Part shown: positions 10,369 to 20,524 of the stretch, piece by piece | Layout of the letters: each line of letters begins with the position of its first letter | Position numbering within the stretch: position 1 is the stretch's first letter | NCBI GenBank assembly: GCA_040375675.1 | Contig: JBEIRY010000001.1 | Coordinates: forward strand, 3,543 to 67,542 | Origin: Thermoleophilales bacterium | GTDB taxonomy: Bacteria; Actinomycetota; Thermoleophilia; Solirubrobacterales; 70-9 | Length of the DNA stretch: 64,000 nt | Direction: 5' to 3' | The notes under the pieces: generated by a model | Seen by the model: only the letters and a program-made list of their open reading frames with translations | What the model was told of the DNA's origin: nothing | Database searches by the model: none | Position numbers and translations under genes: made by a program

Positions 10369-11910
10369 TCAGCGGTCTCCGGAGGCGTAGCCGATGATCG
10401 ATTTGTCGATCAGCCACTCGACCGGTGCTCGGTCGTCGGTATAGACCTCGCCTCCCGGCAGCCTCGGTGTGATTCGCACTGCCTCGATCGCTGCCTGGTT
10501 ACGCAGCTCGTCAGGCAACAGCTCGAGATTTCTCCGCAAGCGCGCCGCAGAAGCGTTGCCGGCGGTGCCCAGAAGCAGCGTGTTCGACTCGGTGACCGGA
10601 TCTCGCAGCACGGTCGGGAAGACCTCGGCCATGGTGCGGCCCACGACCCGCTCCAGCTCGTCGTCGCCGCTCGGGTGCCCGACATTGACGATTACCGAGC
10701 CACCGGGGGCGAGACGACTCCTGACCGTCTCGAAGAACTCTCTGGTGGTCAGGTAGAAGGGAATGTAGGGCTGGCGATACGCATCGACCAGGATCAGATC
10801 GAACCCGCCGTCTGAGGCCCTAAGCCAAGGGCGAGCATCGGCGTGATGGACACGCAGGTTCTGATCGAGTTGGAGGTCGAAGTAGCGCTGGCCCAACTCG
10901 GTCAGCTTCGGATCGAGTTCGACACCGTCTACCTGAATGCCGGGGAAGTAGTGCCCGAACGCCCTTTCGCTGGTACCGGCGGCATTGCCGAGGATCGCGA
11001 CCTTCTCTGGGACCTCGTCGCGGGCCGCGAACGGCAGCGTGATCAGGCCGTCCCAGTAGTTGCCGGTCACGTAAGTCGCCGGGCGCCAGAGCGAATGCTG
11101 GGCGACGCCCTCGTTCAACTCGAGCCGGCGATCGCCATCCGGCTCGGCAACCACCCGGGCGTACTGGAACTCGGTCTCGCCGTCCCACAAGACCCTCTCC
11201 CCTGGACCTTCTGCCTTGACATTGCCTGCCGGGATCAGCGCAAGCAGAGCAATCGCCACGGGGAGCGCAACCAAGCGCCAGCCCAACCCGAAGGCTGCCA
11301 CCAGAGCAAGTAGGGCAGCGAATATCAGGAAGGTGAGCCTCGTTCCGAGGAAGGGGATGGCCACCAATGCCGCGAGCATGGTGCCGATCAGGGATCCGAC
11401 GGTCGAAACGGCGTAGAGCCTCCCCGCCACCGAGCCAGTGTGGTCGACATCGGGGACCGCGAGTCTGACCGCATACGGCGAACAGGCGCCGAGCAAGATG
11501 ACCGGCACCGCGATCAACAGCAAGACCCCGATCAACGATCCGACGAACGCACCTGCTGCGATCTGATCGAGTGCTCCGACCGACACCTCGAACAGAGGCC
11601 GTGCAGCAAACGGAACCACTGCCAGTAGCAGGGCTGCCGCGGCGACTATCCAGCAGAGCCCGCGCAGATGCGGGTGACGGTCGGCGACCTTCCCACCGAA
11701 CCAGTAACCGATCGAAAGAGAGACCAGCACCACAGCGATCGTGTTGGCCCAGATGATCGTCGAGGCACCGAAGAACGGTGCGATCAACCTCGCCGCTGCT
11801 ATCTCGGCGCCGAGGCAACAGAGACCCACCGCGAAGGCGAGCAGGTAGAGGAACCAGATACTTGCTCCTTCTGCCTCGATCTCGGGGCGTCGCGGCCTGG
11901 CAGCGGTCAA
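10369..11910 (-). CDS. fused polytopic membrane / spermidine synthase-like methyltransferase-fold protein
   Basis: 513-aa ORF. The first ~220 aa are a multi-helix hydrophobic domain. The C-terminal SpeE-like domain has VAILGNAAGT and DLILVDAY motifs. The TTG start overlaps the ctaG stop (TTGA). Confidence 0.7.
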   Translation of the reverse strand: MTAARPRRPEIEAEGASIWFLYLLAFAVGLCCLGAEIAAARLIAPFFGASTIIWANTIAVVLVSLSIGYWFGGKVADRHPHLRGLCWIVAAAALLLAVVPFAARPLFEVSVGALDQIAAGAFVGSLIGVLLLIAVPVILLGACSPYAVRLAVPDVDHTGSVAGRLYAVSTVGSLIGTMLAALVAIPFLGTRLTFLIFAALLALVAAFGLGWRLVALPVAIALLALIPAGNVKAEGPGERVLWDGETEFQYARVVAEPDGDRRLELNEGVAQHSLWRPATYVTGNYWDGLITLPFAARDEVPEKVAILGNAAGTSERAFGHYFPGIQVDGVELDPKLTELGQRYFDLQLDQNLRVHHADARPWLRASDGGFDLILVDAYRQPYIPFYLTTREFFETVRSRLAPGGSVIVNVGHPSGDDELERVVGRTMAEVFPTVLRDPVTESNTLLLGTAGNASAARLRRNLELLPDELRNQAAIEAVRITPRLPGGEVYTDDRAPVEWLIDKSIIGYASGDR

Positions 11911-12803
11911 GACGCATCACCGCGAAGACGATCCTCGAGCCGCTTGGAGGTTCCGGCAGCGACCGCGCGCTCGGCCCTCTCGGGGTCGAGTTCGACCCCC
12001 TCGCGGTCGGCCAGGTCCAGCAGGCGCTGGCGCTCGGTGTCTTGTCTCGCCCACTCGAGAAAGAGCCAGGCGAGAACGAACAGTGTGATCAGACCCTGCT
12101 CGGTCAGCATGATCGTGCCGGCGGTCCCCTGGTCTGCCAGAGGATTTATGCCCCAGAACTCCCGGCCGCTTGCGTAGTCGGGATAGAAGTCGGTGTCGGC
12201 CCAGAGGAAGACGTTCCCGAGCACCGTCCCCACCAACCGGACCGCGATTAGGTATCCGATCTTGGCCGGCAGGGTGAACCAGGTCGGCTTCGGAAGGGGG
12301 CCGAACAGCGGCATCCACATCAGCACCCCGAACCCGATGAAGCAGAGGTGCTCGAGAGCGTGAAGAGGGGGACTGGTGAGCGCGCCTTGGTAGAGCACGG
12401 GCAGGTGCCAGACGTAGAGGTTGATCGCCCACAGCGGCAAGGCGACCAGCGGGTGTGCAAGCACCCGCAGGCGCGAGAAGAACTCGATCGAAAGCACCGG
12501 CTGCAAGAGCGGGCCGGTCAACCCCAAAACCAGCAGGAGCGCACCTATGTCGCCGATGATCAGGTGCTGGATCATGTGAGCCAGCAGAAGTTCCTCGCCG
12601 ATATGCGCAACCGGCGCCACATAGGCAGCGACGATCAATACGAGTCCGGCAGCAAAACAGATCAACCGCCAGGTCGGAACCGGGGTGCCGCGAGCCGCCA
12701 GCGTCGCGGCACGACGCAGGTACATGAAGGCCAGCACGACCACACCGGTGACCTGGAGCGGCGCGAGGATCGGTCCGCCTACGTGGGCTAGAGGGAATTC
12801 CAT
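11907..12803 (-). CDS. ctaG: cytochrome c oxidase assembly factor, CtaG (Caa3_CtaG) family membrane protein
   Basis: I place the start at the internal ATG (MEFPLAHVGG). The protein is polytopic, with HMIQHL and LHALEHL motifs as in Bacillus-type CtaG. The longer ORF N-terminus looks non-coding. Confidence 0.65.
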   Translation of the reverse strand: MEFPLAHVGGPILAPLQVTGVVVLAFMYLRRAATLAARGTPVPTWRLICFAAGLVLIVAAYVAPVAHIGEELLLAHMIQHLIIGDIGALLLVLGLTGPLLQPVLSIEFFSRLRVLAHPLVALPLWAINLYVWHLPVLYQGALTSPPLHALEHLCFIGFGVLMWMPLFGPLPKPTWFTLPAKIGYLIAVRLVGTVLGNVFLWADTDFYPDYASGREFWGINPLADQGTAGTIMLTEQGLITLFVLAWLFLEWARQDTERQRLLDLADREGVELDPERAERAVAAGTSKRLEDRLRGDAS

Positions 12804-12922
12804 CGGGTTCGCCCTTGAGCGTAGCGTGAGGCTCGCGCTGGCTACCCGGGAACAACTCTGTAACCAACTCCCTCTCGACTGACCGTAGGATTGTTCGGCG
12901 AAGTGGGAGAGCGAGTGAACAG

Positions 12923-13951
12923 ATGAGAGCGCGGCGAGTCGGGATAAACGGCTTCGGTCGGATCGGGCGGCTCGCCTTGAGGGCTGCATGGGACTGGCCG
13001 CAATTCGAGTTCGTGCATGTGAACGAAGTGGCCGGGACTGTCGAGAGCGCGGCTCACTTGCTCGAATTCGATTCGGTTCACGGCCAGTGGGCTCGCGATA
13101 TCGAGGTCGAAGCAGCCGGATTCGCTGTGGGAGGCGAAAGCATCAGCTTCACGCAGCACGATGAACCCGGACTACCACCGTGGGATGAACTCGGAGTAGA
13201 CCTAGTGATCGAGGCGACCGGGCAATTCAGAACCGAGGAAAGCCTTCAGGCCTACTTCGAAAACGGCGTCGAGAAGGTGGCCGTTGCGGCGCCTATGCGT
13301 GGGGAACGGACTCATTCGATCGACATCGTCGTCGGAGTCAACGACGACGCCTACCAACCTGAATTGCACCGCATAGCGACTGCGGCATCGTGCACGACCA
13401 ACTGTCTTGCGCCGGTCGTCGAGGTACTCAACGCAGGCATCGGCATCGAGCGCGGCTCCATCACCACCTTGCACGACATGACCAACACCCAGGTCCCTGT
13501 GGACCATGCCCACAAGGACCTCCGAAGAGCGAGGGCCGCCGGTGTCTCGCTGATCCCGACCAGCACCGGCTCCGCCACCGCGATAGGAGTGATCTTCCCT
13601 GACCTCGAGGGTAAACTCGACGGGCTCGCGGTCCGGGTGCCGCTGCTGAATGCATCGCTCACAGACTGCGTATTCGAGGTGGGCCGTCCAACGACCGTCG
13701 AAGAGGTGAACCAACTCCTCTGCGATGCAGCCAACGGACGGCTCGAGGGAATCCTCGGCTACGAGGAGCGCCCACTCGTGTCCGTGGATTACCGGACCGA
13801 CCCCCGTTCCGGCGTGGTCGATGCACTCTCGACCAGGGTCACCGACCAGACGCAGGTGAAGGTCCTTGCCTGGTACGACAATGAGTGGGGCTACGCGAAT
13901 CGACTCGTCGAGCTCGTCCGTTCCGTCGCAAGCTCGATCGAAAGTGACTAG
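12923..13951 (+). CDS. gap: type I glyceraldehyde-3-phosphate dehydrogenase (ArsJ-associated)
   Basis: 342-aa ORF. It has the NAD-binding motif [10 protein letters not shown] and the catalytic motif [10 protein letters not shown]. Its stop is 3 nt before arsJ. Confidence 0.9.
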   Translation: MRARRVGINGFGRIGRLALRAAWDWPQFEFVHVNEVAGTVESAAHLLEFDSVHGQWARDIEVEAAGFAVGGESISFTQHDEPGLPPWDELGVDLVIEATGQFRTEESLQAYFENGVEKVAVAAPMRGERTHSIDIVVGVNDDAYQPELHRIATAASCTTNCLAPVVEVLNAGIGIERGSITTLHDMTNTQVPVDHAHKDLRRARAAGVSLIPTSTGSATAIGVIFPDLEGKLDGLAVRVPLLNASLTDCVFEVGRPTTVEEVNQLLCDAANGRLEGILGYEERPLVSVDYRTDPRSGVVDALSTRVTDQTQVKVLAWYDNEWGYANRLVELVRSVASSIESD

Positions 13952-13954
13952 AGA

Positions 13955-15211
13955 GTGAAATCCAAGGCCGCCGCGATAGACCTGCGCAACTACGCGTTGG
14001 TCACCGGCGCCTACTGGACCGACACGCTTGCCGACGGCGCGAGTCGGATCCTCGTCCTCTTCTTCTTCTACCAGCTGGGCTACACCCCGTTCGAGCTCGC
14101 GACCGTCTTCGCCTTCTACGAGGTGTTCGGCATCATCACGAACCTCGTTGGAGGGTGGCTCGCGGCGAGATTCGGACTCCGCGCCACCCTCTTCTCGGGT
14201 CTGATGGTCCAGATTCTCGCTCTCGGACTACTCGGTCTGGCACCCGAGGCGTGGCTGGTCGTCCCCTATGTGATGGCAGCGCAGGCTCTCTCGGGCATCG
14301 CAAAGGACCTGACCAAGATGAGCTCGAAGAGCGCGGTCAAGCTCGTGGTGCCGGAAGATCAGGATGGTGCCCTCTACAAGTGGGTCGCGATCCTGACCGG
14401 CTCAAAGAACGCCCTGAAAGGGGTCGGCTTCTTCCTCGGCGGGGTTCTGCTCACGCTGGTCGGCTTCCAGACGGCGATGATCTGCCTGATGGCGATGGTG
14501 GGAGTCGCACTCGTCTCGGTGGCGCTGCTGATGCAAGGTGACCTCGGACGACCCGACGCGAAGGCGAAGTTCAAGCACATGTTCTCCAACGAACGAGCGG
14601 TGAACATGCTGGCCGCGGCCCGGATCTTCCTCTTTGCCTCGCGCGACGTCTGGTTCGTGGTCGGGCTGCCGGTCTTTTTGAGGACGGTTCTCGGCTGGTC
14701 GTTCTGGGAGGTCGGAGGCTTCCTCGCGATATGGGTGATCGGCTACGGGATCGTCCAGGCCTTCGCCCCGAGATTCGTCAAGCGGCGAGCGGATACAGGC
14801 GATTCAGAGCCAGACGGTCGAACCGCCACCTGGCTGGCCTTTCTCCTTGCGGCCTTTCCAGCCGGGATCGCGATCTCCCTCTCGGCAGATTTCGATGAGA
14901 CGCTGACGATCGTGATCGGGCTGTTCGCTTTCGGAATCGTCTTTGCGATGAACTCGGCCGTCCATTCCTACCTGATCCTCGCCTACGCGCACGGGGACAA
15001 GGTCGCGATGAACGTCGGCTTCTATTACATGGCCAACGCTGGAGGCAGGCTGGTCGGGACGATCCTCTCCGGAGCGCTCTACCAGTGGCAGGGACTCACC
15101 GCATGCCTTTGGGCATCGGTCGCGTTCGTCCTGGCAGCGGGGCTGATCTCGCTGCTTCTGCCACGGCATCCGACCGTGGCAGGCAAGCGGCTCTCCGCGA
15201 CACCGGCCTGA
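13955..15211 (+). CDS. arsJ: organoarsenical (1-arseno-3-phosphoglycerate) efflux MFS transporter ArsJ
   Basis: 418-aa, 12-TM MFS protein. The N-terminal block RNYALVTGAYWTDTLADGASRILVLFFFYQLGYTP..FYEVFGIITNLVGGWLAARFGL matches my recollection of ArsJ. The tight pairing with gap is diagnostic. Confidence 0.8.
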   Translation: MKSKAAAIDLRNYALVTGAYWTDTLADGASRILVLFFFYQLGYTPFELATVFAFYEVFGIITNLVGGWLAARFGLRATLFSGLMVQILALGLLGLAPEAWLVVPYVMAAQALSGIAKDLTKMSSKSAVKLVVPEDQDGALYKWVAILTGSKNALKGVGFFLGGVLLTLVGFQTAMICLMAMVGVALVSVALLMQGDLGRPDAKAKFKHMFSNERAVNMLAAARIFLFASRDVWFVVGLPVFLRTVLGWSFWEVGGFLAIWVIGYGIVQAFAPRFVKRRADTGDSEPDGRTATWLAFLLAAFPAGIAISLSADFDETLTIVIGLFAFGIVFAMNSAVHSYLILAYAHGDKVAMNVGFYYMANAGGRLVGTILSGALYQWQGLTACLWASVAFVLAAGLISLLLPRHPTVAGKRLSATPA

Positions 15212-15226
15212 AGCGACGGGCTGAAA

Positions 15227-15300
15227 GGTGGACGACGGGGCTCGAACCCGCGACCTCCCGGACCACAACCGGGGGCTCTACCAACTGAGCTACGTCCACC
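15227..15300 (-). tRNA. tRNA-His (GTG)
   Basis: The reverse complement folds as a cloverleaf: G-1 plus GTGGACG acceptor, GCTC/GAGC D stem, CCCGG/CCGGG anticodon stem with loop TTGTGGT, and a TTCGAGC T loop. No CCA is encoded. Confidence 0.93.
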
Positions 15301-15358
15301 GCGCAGGTGTCAATCTAGCGCGAGAAGGTCCGGCTGCCGCAGGTGCCGGTGTCGCCGA

Positions 15359-16618
15359 TCAGGGCGCGAAGCGACGGAGCGGTGCCCCGGCGCCCTCGGG
15401 GAGCGTCGAGTAGCCGGTGCAGTAAGGATCAGCAGCCACCGATTCGTCCTGCGGGAAGCCGAAGTCGATCGAATATAGGCGCGACCGACCGCTCTGTGTG
15501 GTCAGCGCCTCCTCGATGCCGTCCGGATCGACATAGGCGGAGATCCCGAAGTAGGTCTTGACCAGCACCGTCTCGCCGTCCGGACACGCGTCGGCCGCCA
15601 CCACGCCCCCCACATCCATCTCCCCGAGGAACTCGAGCGTGGTGTCGAATCCGGTCCCGAATACCGGAGCCTGCGCCACATAGACACGTGAGACGGGCTC
15701 GGCCTTGGTGATGACGAAGATGTCACCGTTCGCCGGATCGACGACCAGAGCCTCGGCGTCGCGGGCGCCGTCCGGGTAGACCAGACCGATCGTCTCCGGA
15801 GCAACCGATCCAAGGACGGACCCGGGCGCGACACCGCTCAGGGCTGGCTCGAGAATTCGGCGAACTCTGACCCGGGGCCGAACAGCTGCGTTATCACCGA
15901 TATCCCCCACGTAGAGCGCGTCCGTTGCCGGGTCTTCTGCGGGACCGATCGCGATGTCCTCCCAGTCGGTGTTGCTGACGCCGGCGAGGGGTTGCTGCGC
16001 CAACAGACCTGCGGATTCATCGAGTGCGTAGAGCGTTGCGGCTCCCCCACTGTCGTCGTGAGTCCAGAATGTCCCAGGCGCCTCTCGACTTTCGGCCAGA
16101 CCAGATGCCTCCGTGAGCGGAGCCGGCGCGTATCCGAGTAGCTCGATCCGTGTCGTGACCGCTCGCTGGGGTCGGCCGACGGTGACGAATCTCACCCGCT
16201 TGCGATCATCCCCGGATCCGCTGATCACCAGACCAGACAGACGCGAACCGGAAAGCAGTCGGCAATAAGGCATCGCTGAGGCGGCAGCACCTCCGAGCGA
16301 CAGCCTGAACCGCTTGGTGCGTCCGGTGATCCGGCCGCTGCGCCGCGTCGTCACCACCGATTCATCACCCCTGGTCAAGGTGACACTGATCCTCACCTTC
16401 AGCCTGTGGCCGCTCGAATTACGGAGCTTCAAGACCTGAACCGGAATCCCCTCGACACACTGGATCGACTTGGAGCCGATGGAGACGGCTGTCTGCGGAG
16501 CCCTGCCCGCAAGCGAGGTCGCGGCGAAGCCGATGGCCCCCGCGGTCAGGAGCAGCCCTGCGATGAGCGGCGCTCGCCTCACCGCGCGTCCGAATGCTGT
16601 GTCGCTGTGGATCTCCAT
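15359..16618 (-). CDS. secreted or anchored hypothetical protein, probable beta-propeller-like domain
   Basis: 419-aa ORF with an N-terminal hydrophobic signal/anchor (LIAGLLLTAGAIGFAATSLA). The C-terminal half carries WTHDDSGG, DWEDIAIGP and LYVGDIGDN motifs. I did not recognise the family securely. Confidence 0.6.
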   Translation of the reverse strand: MEIHSDTAFGRAVRRAPLIAGLLLTAGAIGFAATSLAGRAPQTAVSIGSKSIQCVEGIPVQVLKLRNSSGHRLKVRISVTLTRGDESVVTTRRSGRITGRTKRFRLSLGGAAASAMPYCRLLSGSRLSGLVISGSGDDRKRVRFVTVGRPQRAVTTRIELLGYAPAPLTEASGLAESREAPGTFWTHDDSGGAATLYALDESAGLLAQQPLAGVSNTDWEDIAIGPAEDPATDALYVGDIGDNAAVRPRVRVRRILEPALSGVAPGSVLGSVAPETIGLVYPDGARDAEALVVDPANGDIFVITKAEPVSRVYVAQAPVFGTGFDTTLEFLGEMDVGGVVAADACPDGETVLVKTYFGISAYVDPDGIEEALTTQSGRSRLYSIDFGFPQDESVAADPYCTGYSTLPEGAGAPLRRFAP

Positions 16619-16656
16619 CGACTATGGAACAAGGTCGAGCGATGCTAGTCGCGCTA

Positions 16657-16729
16657 CGCCCCCGGCAGGATTCGAACCTGCGACCCACTGCTTAGAAGGC
16701 AGTCGCTCTGTCCACTGAGCTACGGGGGC
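16657..16729 (-). tRNA. tRNA-Arg (TCT)
   Basis: The reverse complement is GCCCCCGTAGCTCAGTGGACAGAGCGACTGCCTTCTAAGCAGTGGGTCGCAGGTTCGAATCCTGCCGGGGGCG. It folds as a canonical cloverleaf with anticodon loop CTTCTAA. No CCA is encoded. Confidence 0.93.
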
Positions 16730-16894
16730 CGGCCGATCCTGCGACCAGCAAGACGAGCCTACATATACGGCACCGACCTATTGGAGAAAACGCACCCCGC
16801 GAAGTTTGGACGGGTGGACAAGCGCCAGACGCGTCGAGACGAATATGCTCACTCCACGCTGAGCAACCAACTCTGAGAGGAAGGCAACCCGAAG

Positions 16895-19042
16895 ATGAGC
16901 AAGACCCGAAGCCAGAACGTCAAGGCAGCCAAGTGGAGCCGCAACGGCGACGACAACGCGCCGACCGACCTGACCAAGGACGACGGCTATCCGTTCGGGC
17001 AGAACGTCTTCAGCGCCACCGAGCAGGCGAAGCGACTCTCCCCCGAGACGATGAAGAAGCTCGAGGCCACTCTGGAGCGCGGTGAAGCGCTGGATACCTC
17101 ACTCGCCGACGAGGTCGCCGATGCAATGAAGGACTGGGCGCTCGAGCGTGGTGCGACCCACTACACCCACGTCTTCCAGCCGCTGACCGGCTTGACCGCC
17201 GAAAAGCATGACTCCTTCTTCTCCCCCGACGGTGAGGGCTCGGCGATCGCCAGGTTCTCGGGATCCGAGCTGATCCAGGGAGAGCCCGACGCATCCTCGT
17301 TCCCGACCGGCGGCATCCGCGCCACCTTCGAGGCTCGTGGCTACACGGCTTGGGATGCATCGAGCCCCGCCTTCATCCTCGAAAACCAGAACGGCGCACT
17401 GCTTTGCATCCCGACCGCGTTCGCTTCGTGGACCGGCGAGGCGCTCGACGCCAAGATCCCGCTGCTGCGCTCGATGGACGTGCTCTCCAACTCGGCGATC
17501 CGAGCCCTCAAGCTCTTGGGCGACGACAAGTCGACCCGGGTCTTCACCACCGTCGGCCCGGAGCAGGAGTACTTCCTGATCGACGAGCAGTACTTCTACG
17601 AGCGCCCCGACCTCGTCACCACCGGACGCACCCTCTTTGGAGCCAAGCCGCCCAAGGGACACGAACTCGACGACCACTACTTCGGCTCGATCCCCGAGCG
17701 CGTGCTCGCCTGCATGCTCGAGACAGAGCTGGAGCTGGCAAAGCTCGGAGTACCCGTGCAGACCCGTCACAACGAGGTAGCTCCGGCCCAGTATGAGATC
17801 GCGCCGCTGTTCGAGAACTCGAACGTCGGCTCGGACCACCAGCAGCTGCTGATGCAGGTGATCCAGAACGTCGCCCGCAAGTACGGGTTGGTCTGCCTGC
17901 TGCATGAAAAGCCGTTCGCCGGTGTGAACGGCTCGGGCAAGCACAACAACTGGTCGATGGGCACCGACACCGGCAACAACCTGCTCGAGCCCGGTGACAC
18001 GCCAGCGGAGAACCTGAGCTTCCTCTTCTTCTGTGCCGCGGTGATCCAGGCTGTCAACAGGCACCAGGGTCTGCTGCGGGCTTCGGTGGCCAACATCGGC
18101 CAGGATCATCGCCTCGGAGCCAACGAGGCTCCTCCTGCGATCATCTCGATGTTCCTCGGAGCCGAGCTCGACAACGTATTCGAGGCGCTCGCCGGTGGCA
18201 AGACCGGCGACGACAAAGCCGGTCAAACACTCGATCTCGGATCGGCCGTGCTGCCTCCGCTTCCGCTCCACGGAGGCGATCGCAACCGGACCTCGCCGTT
18301 TGCCTTCACCGGCAACAAGTTCGAGTTCCGCGCGCTCGGATCGAGCATGTCGCTCGCGTTCCCCAACACGGTGCTGAACACGATCGCCGCCGAGTCGATC
18401 GACGAGCTGTCCGATTCGCTCGAGAAGAAGCTGAAGAGCGGAACCAAACTCGCCGACGCGGTCGGCGAAGTCGTTGCCGAGACCTACAAGGCCAACAAGG
18501 CCGTCTGCTTCAGCGGCGACAACTACTCCGACGAGTGGCACAAGGAGGCCAAGAAGCGCGGCCTGAAGAACCTCCGCACCACTCCCGACGCGCTACCGGA
18601 GGTGACCGCCAAGAGCACCGTCGAGGCGTTCGAGAAGTACGGAGTGCTCTCCGAGCGCGAACTCGAGTCGCGCTACGAGGTCTGGGTCGAGCAGTACGCG
18701 ATCCGGGCGAACATCGAGGCAGAGACCGCCGAGTCGATCGCGCGCACGATGATCCTGCCGGCAGCGCTGAAGCAGCTGGCCCTAGGTGCCGCTGCCAAGG
18801 ATTTGACGGTCGGCAAGCAGGTCAAGCCGCTCGTGACCAAGCTGAACACGGCGCTCGGCAAACTCGCCAAGGCAAACGCATACCCCGACTCGCTCGAAGG
18901 CCTCAAGCTCGCCGTACACGCCCGCGACAAGCAGCTAGCCGCGATGGCCGAGGTACGCGACGCAGCAGACGCCTTGGAGAAGGTCGTAGCCGACGAGTAC
19001 TGGCCGCTGCCGAAGTACTCGGAGATGCTCTTCATCAAGTAG
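16895..19042 (+). CDS. glnN: type III glutamine synthetase
   Basis: 715-aa ORF. The size and the N-terminal block ([34 protein letters not shown]) are characteristic of GSIII rather than the ~450-aa GSI. Confidence 0.85.
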   Translation: MSKTRSQNVKAAKWSRNGDDNAPTDLTKDDGYPFGQNVFSATEQAKRLSPETMKKLEATLERGEALDTSLADEVADAMKDWALERGATHYTHVFQPLTGLTAEKHDSFFSPDGEGSAIARFSGSELIQGEPDASSFPTGGIRATFEARGYTAWDASSPAFILENQNGALLCIPTAFASWTGEALDAKIPLLRSMDVLSNSAIRALKLLGDDKSTRVFTTVGPEQEYFLIDEQYFYERPDLVTTGRTLFGAKPPKGHELDDHYFGSIPERVLACMLETELELAKLGVPVQTRHNEVAPAQYEIAPLFENSNVGSDHQQLLMQVIQNVARKYGLVCLLHEKPFAGVNGSGKHNNWSMGTDTGNNLLEPGDTPAENLSFLFFCAAVIQAVNRHQGLLRASVANIGQDHRLGANEAPPAIISMFLGAELDNVFEALAGGKTGDDKAGQTLDLGSAVLPPLPLHGGDRNRTSPFAFTGNKFEFRALGSSMSLAFPNTVLNTIAAESIDELSDSLEKKLKSGTKLADAVGEVVAETYKANKAVCFSGDNYSDEWHKEAKKRGLKNLRTTPDALPEVTAKSTVEAFEKYGVLSERELESRYEVWVEQYAIRANIEAETAESIARTMILPAALKQLALGAAAKDLTVGKQVKPLVTKLNTALGKLAKANAYPDSLEGLKLAVHARDKQLAAMAEVRDAADALEKVVADEYWPLPKYSEMLFIK

Positions 19043-19078
19043 TCAGCCAAACCTGACGAGTCGACGAGTCGAAAAACA

Positions 19079-19152
19079 TCGGGGCGGCTGGATTCGAACC
19101 AGCGACCTCGGCCACCCAAAGGCCGCGCGCTACCAGGCTGCGCCACGCCCCG
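19079..19152 (-). tRNA. tRNA-Pro (TGG)
   Basis: The reverse complement is CGGGGCGTGGCGCAGCCTGGTAGCGCGCGGCCTTTGGGTGGCCGAGGTCGCTGGTTCGAATCCAGCCGCCCCGA. It folds as a cloverleaf with anticodon loop TTTGGGT. No CCA is encoded. Confidence 0.93.
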
Positions 19153-19204
19153 ATGCGGCGAGTCTAGTGGCGGGCGCTGCCGCAGCGGGCTCTAGGGTTG
19201 GGTA

Positions 19205-20491
19205 ATGGCTGAAATCACCCCGATCAATTCGATCCACTACGACCTCGAGCGGGTCGGTCCCTTCGCCGATCTCGCCGCTCCGCCCTACGACGTGATCGAT
19301 TCGGCAGGGCGATCCGAGTTGCTCGTCCGCTCTCCCAAGAACATCGTCGAAGTCGACCTGCCGGAGCCGCCAGCCGACGATCCCGACGGGGACCGATACG
19401 CAAACGCCGCAGCGATCCTCTCCGGATGGCTCGACGACGGAACCATGGCGCGGGATGACGCCCCGTCGATCTGGGCGATGACCCAGGAATACGACGGTCC
19501 GGGTGGAACCAGGATGACCCGTCACGGATTCCTCTGCCGGGTGCGGCTAGCCGAATACGGTTCAGGCATACGCGCCCACGAGCGCACCCAGCCCGGACCC
19601 AAAGAGGATCGTCTTCGGCTGACTCGATCGACTCGCTGCAACCTCTCGCCTGTCTTCTCGCTCTACGAAGGAGACGCTTGGCCGACTCTCGCGCCCGCAA
19701 TCGACGGGCAACAGGTGTGGGCCCAGGTAACCGATTCCGATGACACCGAACACCGGATCTGGCAGATCACCGACCCGGAGGTGATCGCATCTGTCGCTTC
19801 GGCCGTAGCCGACGCCGAGATGCTGATAGCCGATGGGCATCACCGCTACGAAACCGCCTTGACTTACCGCAACGAGAGAATCGAAGCCGACGGCGAGGCC
19901 GGCGATGCCGACTTCGTGATGATGGCGCTCGTCGGCCTGGACGACCCTGGACTTACCGTTTTCCCTACCCATCGCCTGCTGACCGAGATCGCAGCTGATG
20001 AGCAGAAGCGGACCACGCTCGGCGAAGGAATGCGCGAGCTTTTCGATATCGCTCAGGTCGACCACTCAGACCTCGACCCGGGCGGCGCAGAAGGCATTGG
20101 CGTGTTCGGCTACCTCGACTCTCATCACCGTCAGCCGATGCGTCTGACCCTGAACGACGCCGGGCGCAAGGTCGTGGACTCCGAGTTGGCTGGTGCCTCC
20201 GATGCCTATCGCGAACTCGACGCCGCGATCCTCGAAGCGGTGGTGTTCAAGCACCTGCTCGGGATGACCGAGGACGACATCGCAGCAAAACGGGGTCTTG
20301 CCTACACCCCGCACAACGAAAGAGCACTCCAGATGCTCGACGCAGGTGATGCCGATGCCGCTCTGCTGCTTAGGCCAACACCGGTAGAAGCTGTCAAGGC
20401 AGTCGCCGATGCCAGCGAGACGATGCCCCCCAAGTCCACCTACTTCTTCCCCAAGCTGCTAACCGGCATCGCATTGAACCCCCTCGGTTAG
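19205..20491 (+). CDS. DUF1015 domain-containing protein
   Basis: 428-aa ORF. It has the N-terminal APPYDVI motif and the central ADGHHRYETAL motif typical of DUF1015. Confidence 0.75.
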   Translation: MAEITPINSIHYDLERVGPFADLAAPPYDVIDSAGRSELLVRSPKNIVEVDLPEPPADDPDGDRYANAAAILSGWLDDGTMARDDAPSIWAMTQEYDGPGGTRMTRHGFLCRVRLAEYGSGIRAHERTQPGPKEDRLRLTRSTRCNLSPVFSLYEGDAWPTLAPAIDGQQVWAQVTDSDDTEHRIWQITDPEVIASVASAVADAEMLIADGHHRYETALTYRNERIEADGEAGDADFVMMALVGLDDPGLTVFPTHRLLTEIAADEQKRTTLGEGMRELFDIAQVDHSDLDPGGAEGIGVFGYLDSHHRQPMRLTLNDAGRKVVDSELAGASDAYRELDAAILEAVVFKHLLGMTEDDIAAKRGLAYTPHNERALQMLDAGDADAALLLRPTPVEAVKAVADASETMPPKSTYFFPKLLTGIALNPLG

Positions 20492-20524
20492 CGCCGGTGG
20501 GCCAGTGACCATAGGATTACCCGG

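Noticed and set aside
17099-18541. 480-aa ORF antisense to glnN. Similar long antisense or alternate-frame ORFs occur at 804-1385, 2450-3607, 10820-11920, 11917-12867, 29262-30155, 30333-31370, 42636-43499, 47593-48375, 49221-50477 and 59301-60104.
   Set aside because: These are typical stop-poor shadow frames of a high-GC genome. Their translations are Arg/Gly/Pro/Asp-rich low complexity with no recognisable motifs. Each fully overlaps a gene with strong family signatures.
15212-19204. A genomic island or integrative element at the cluster of three tRNA genes.
   Set aside because: I found no integrase, no phage or transposase genes, and no duplicated tRNA 3' segments. The composition does not look different by eye. 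It is kept only as a low-interest synteny note.
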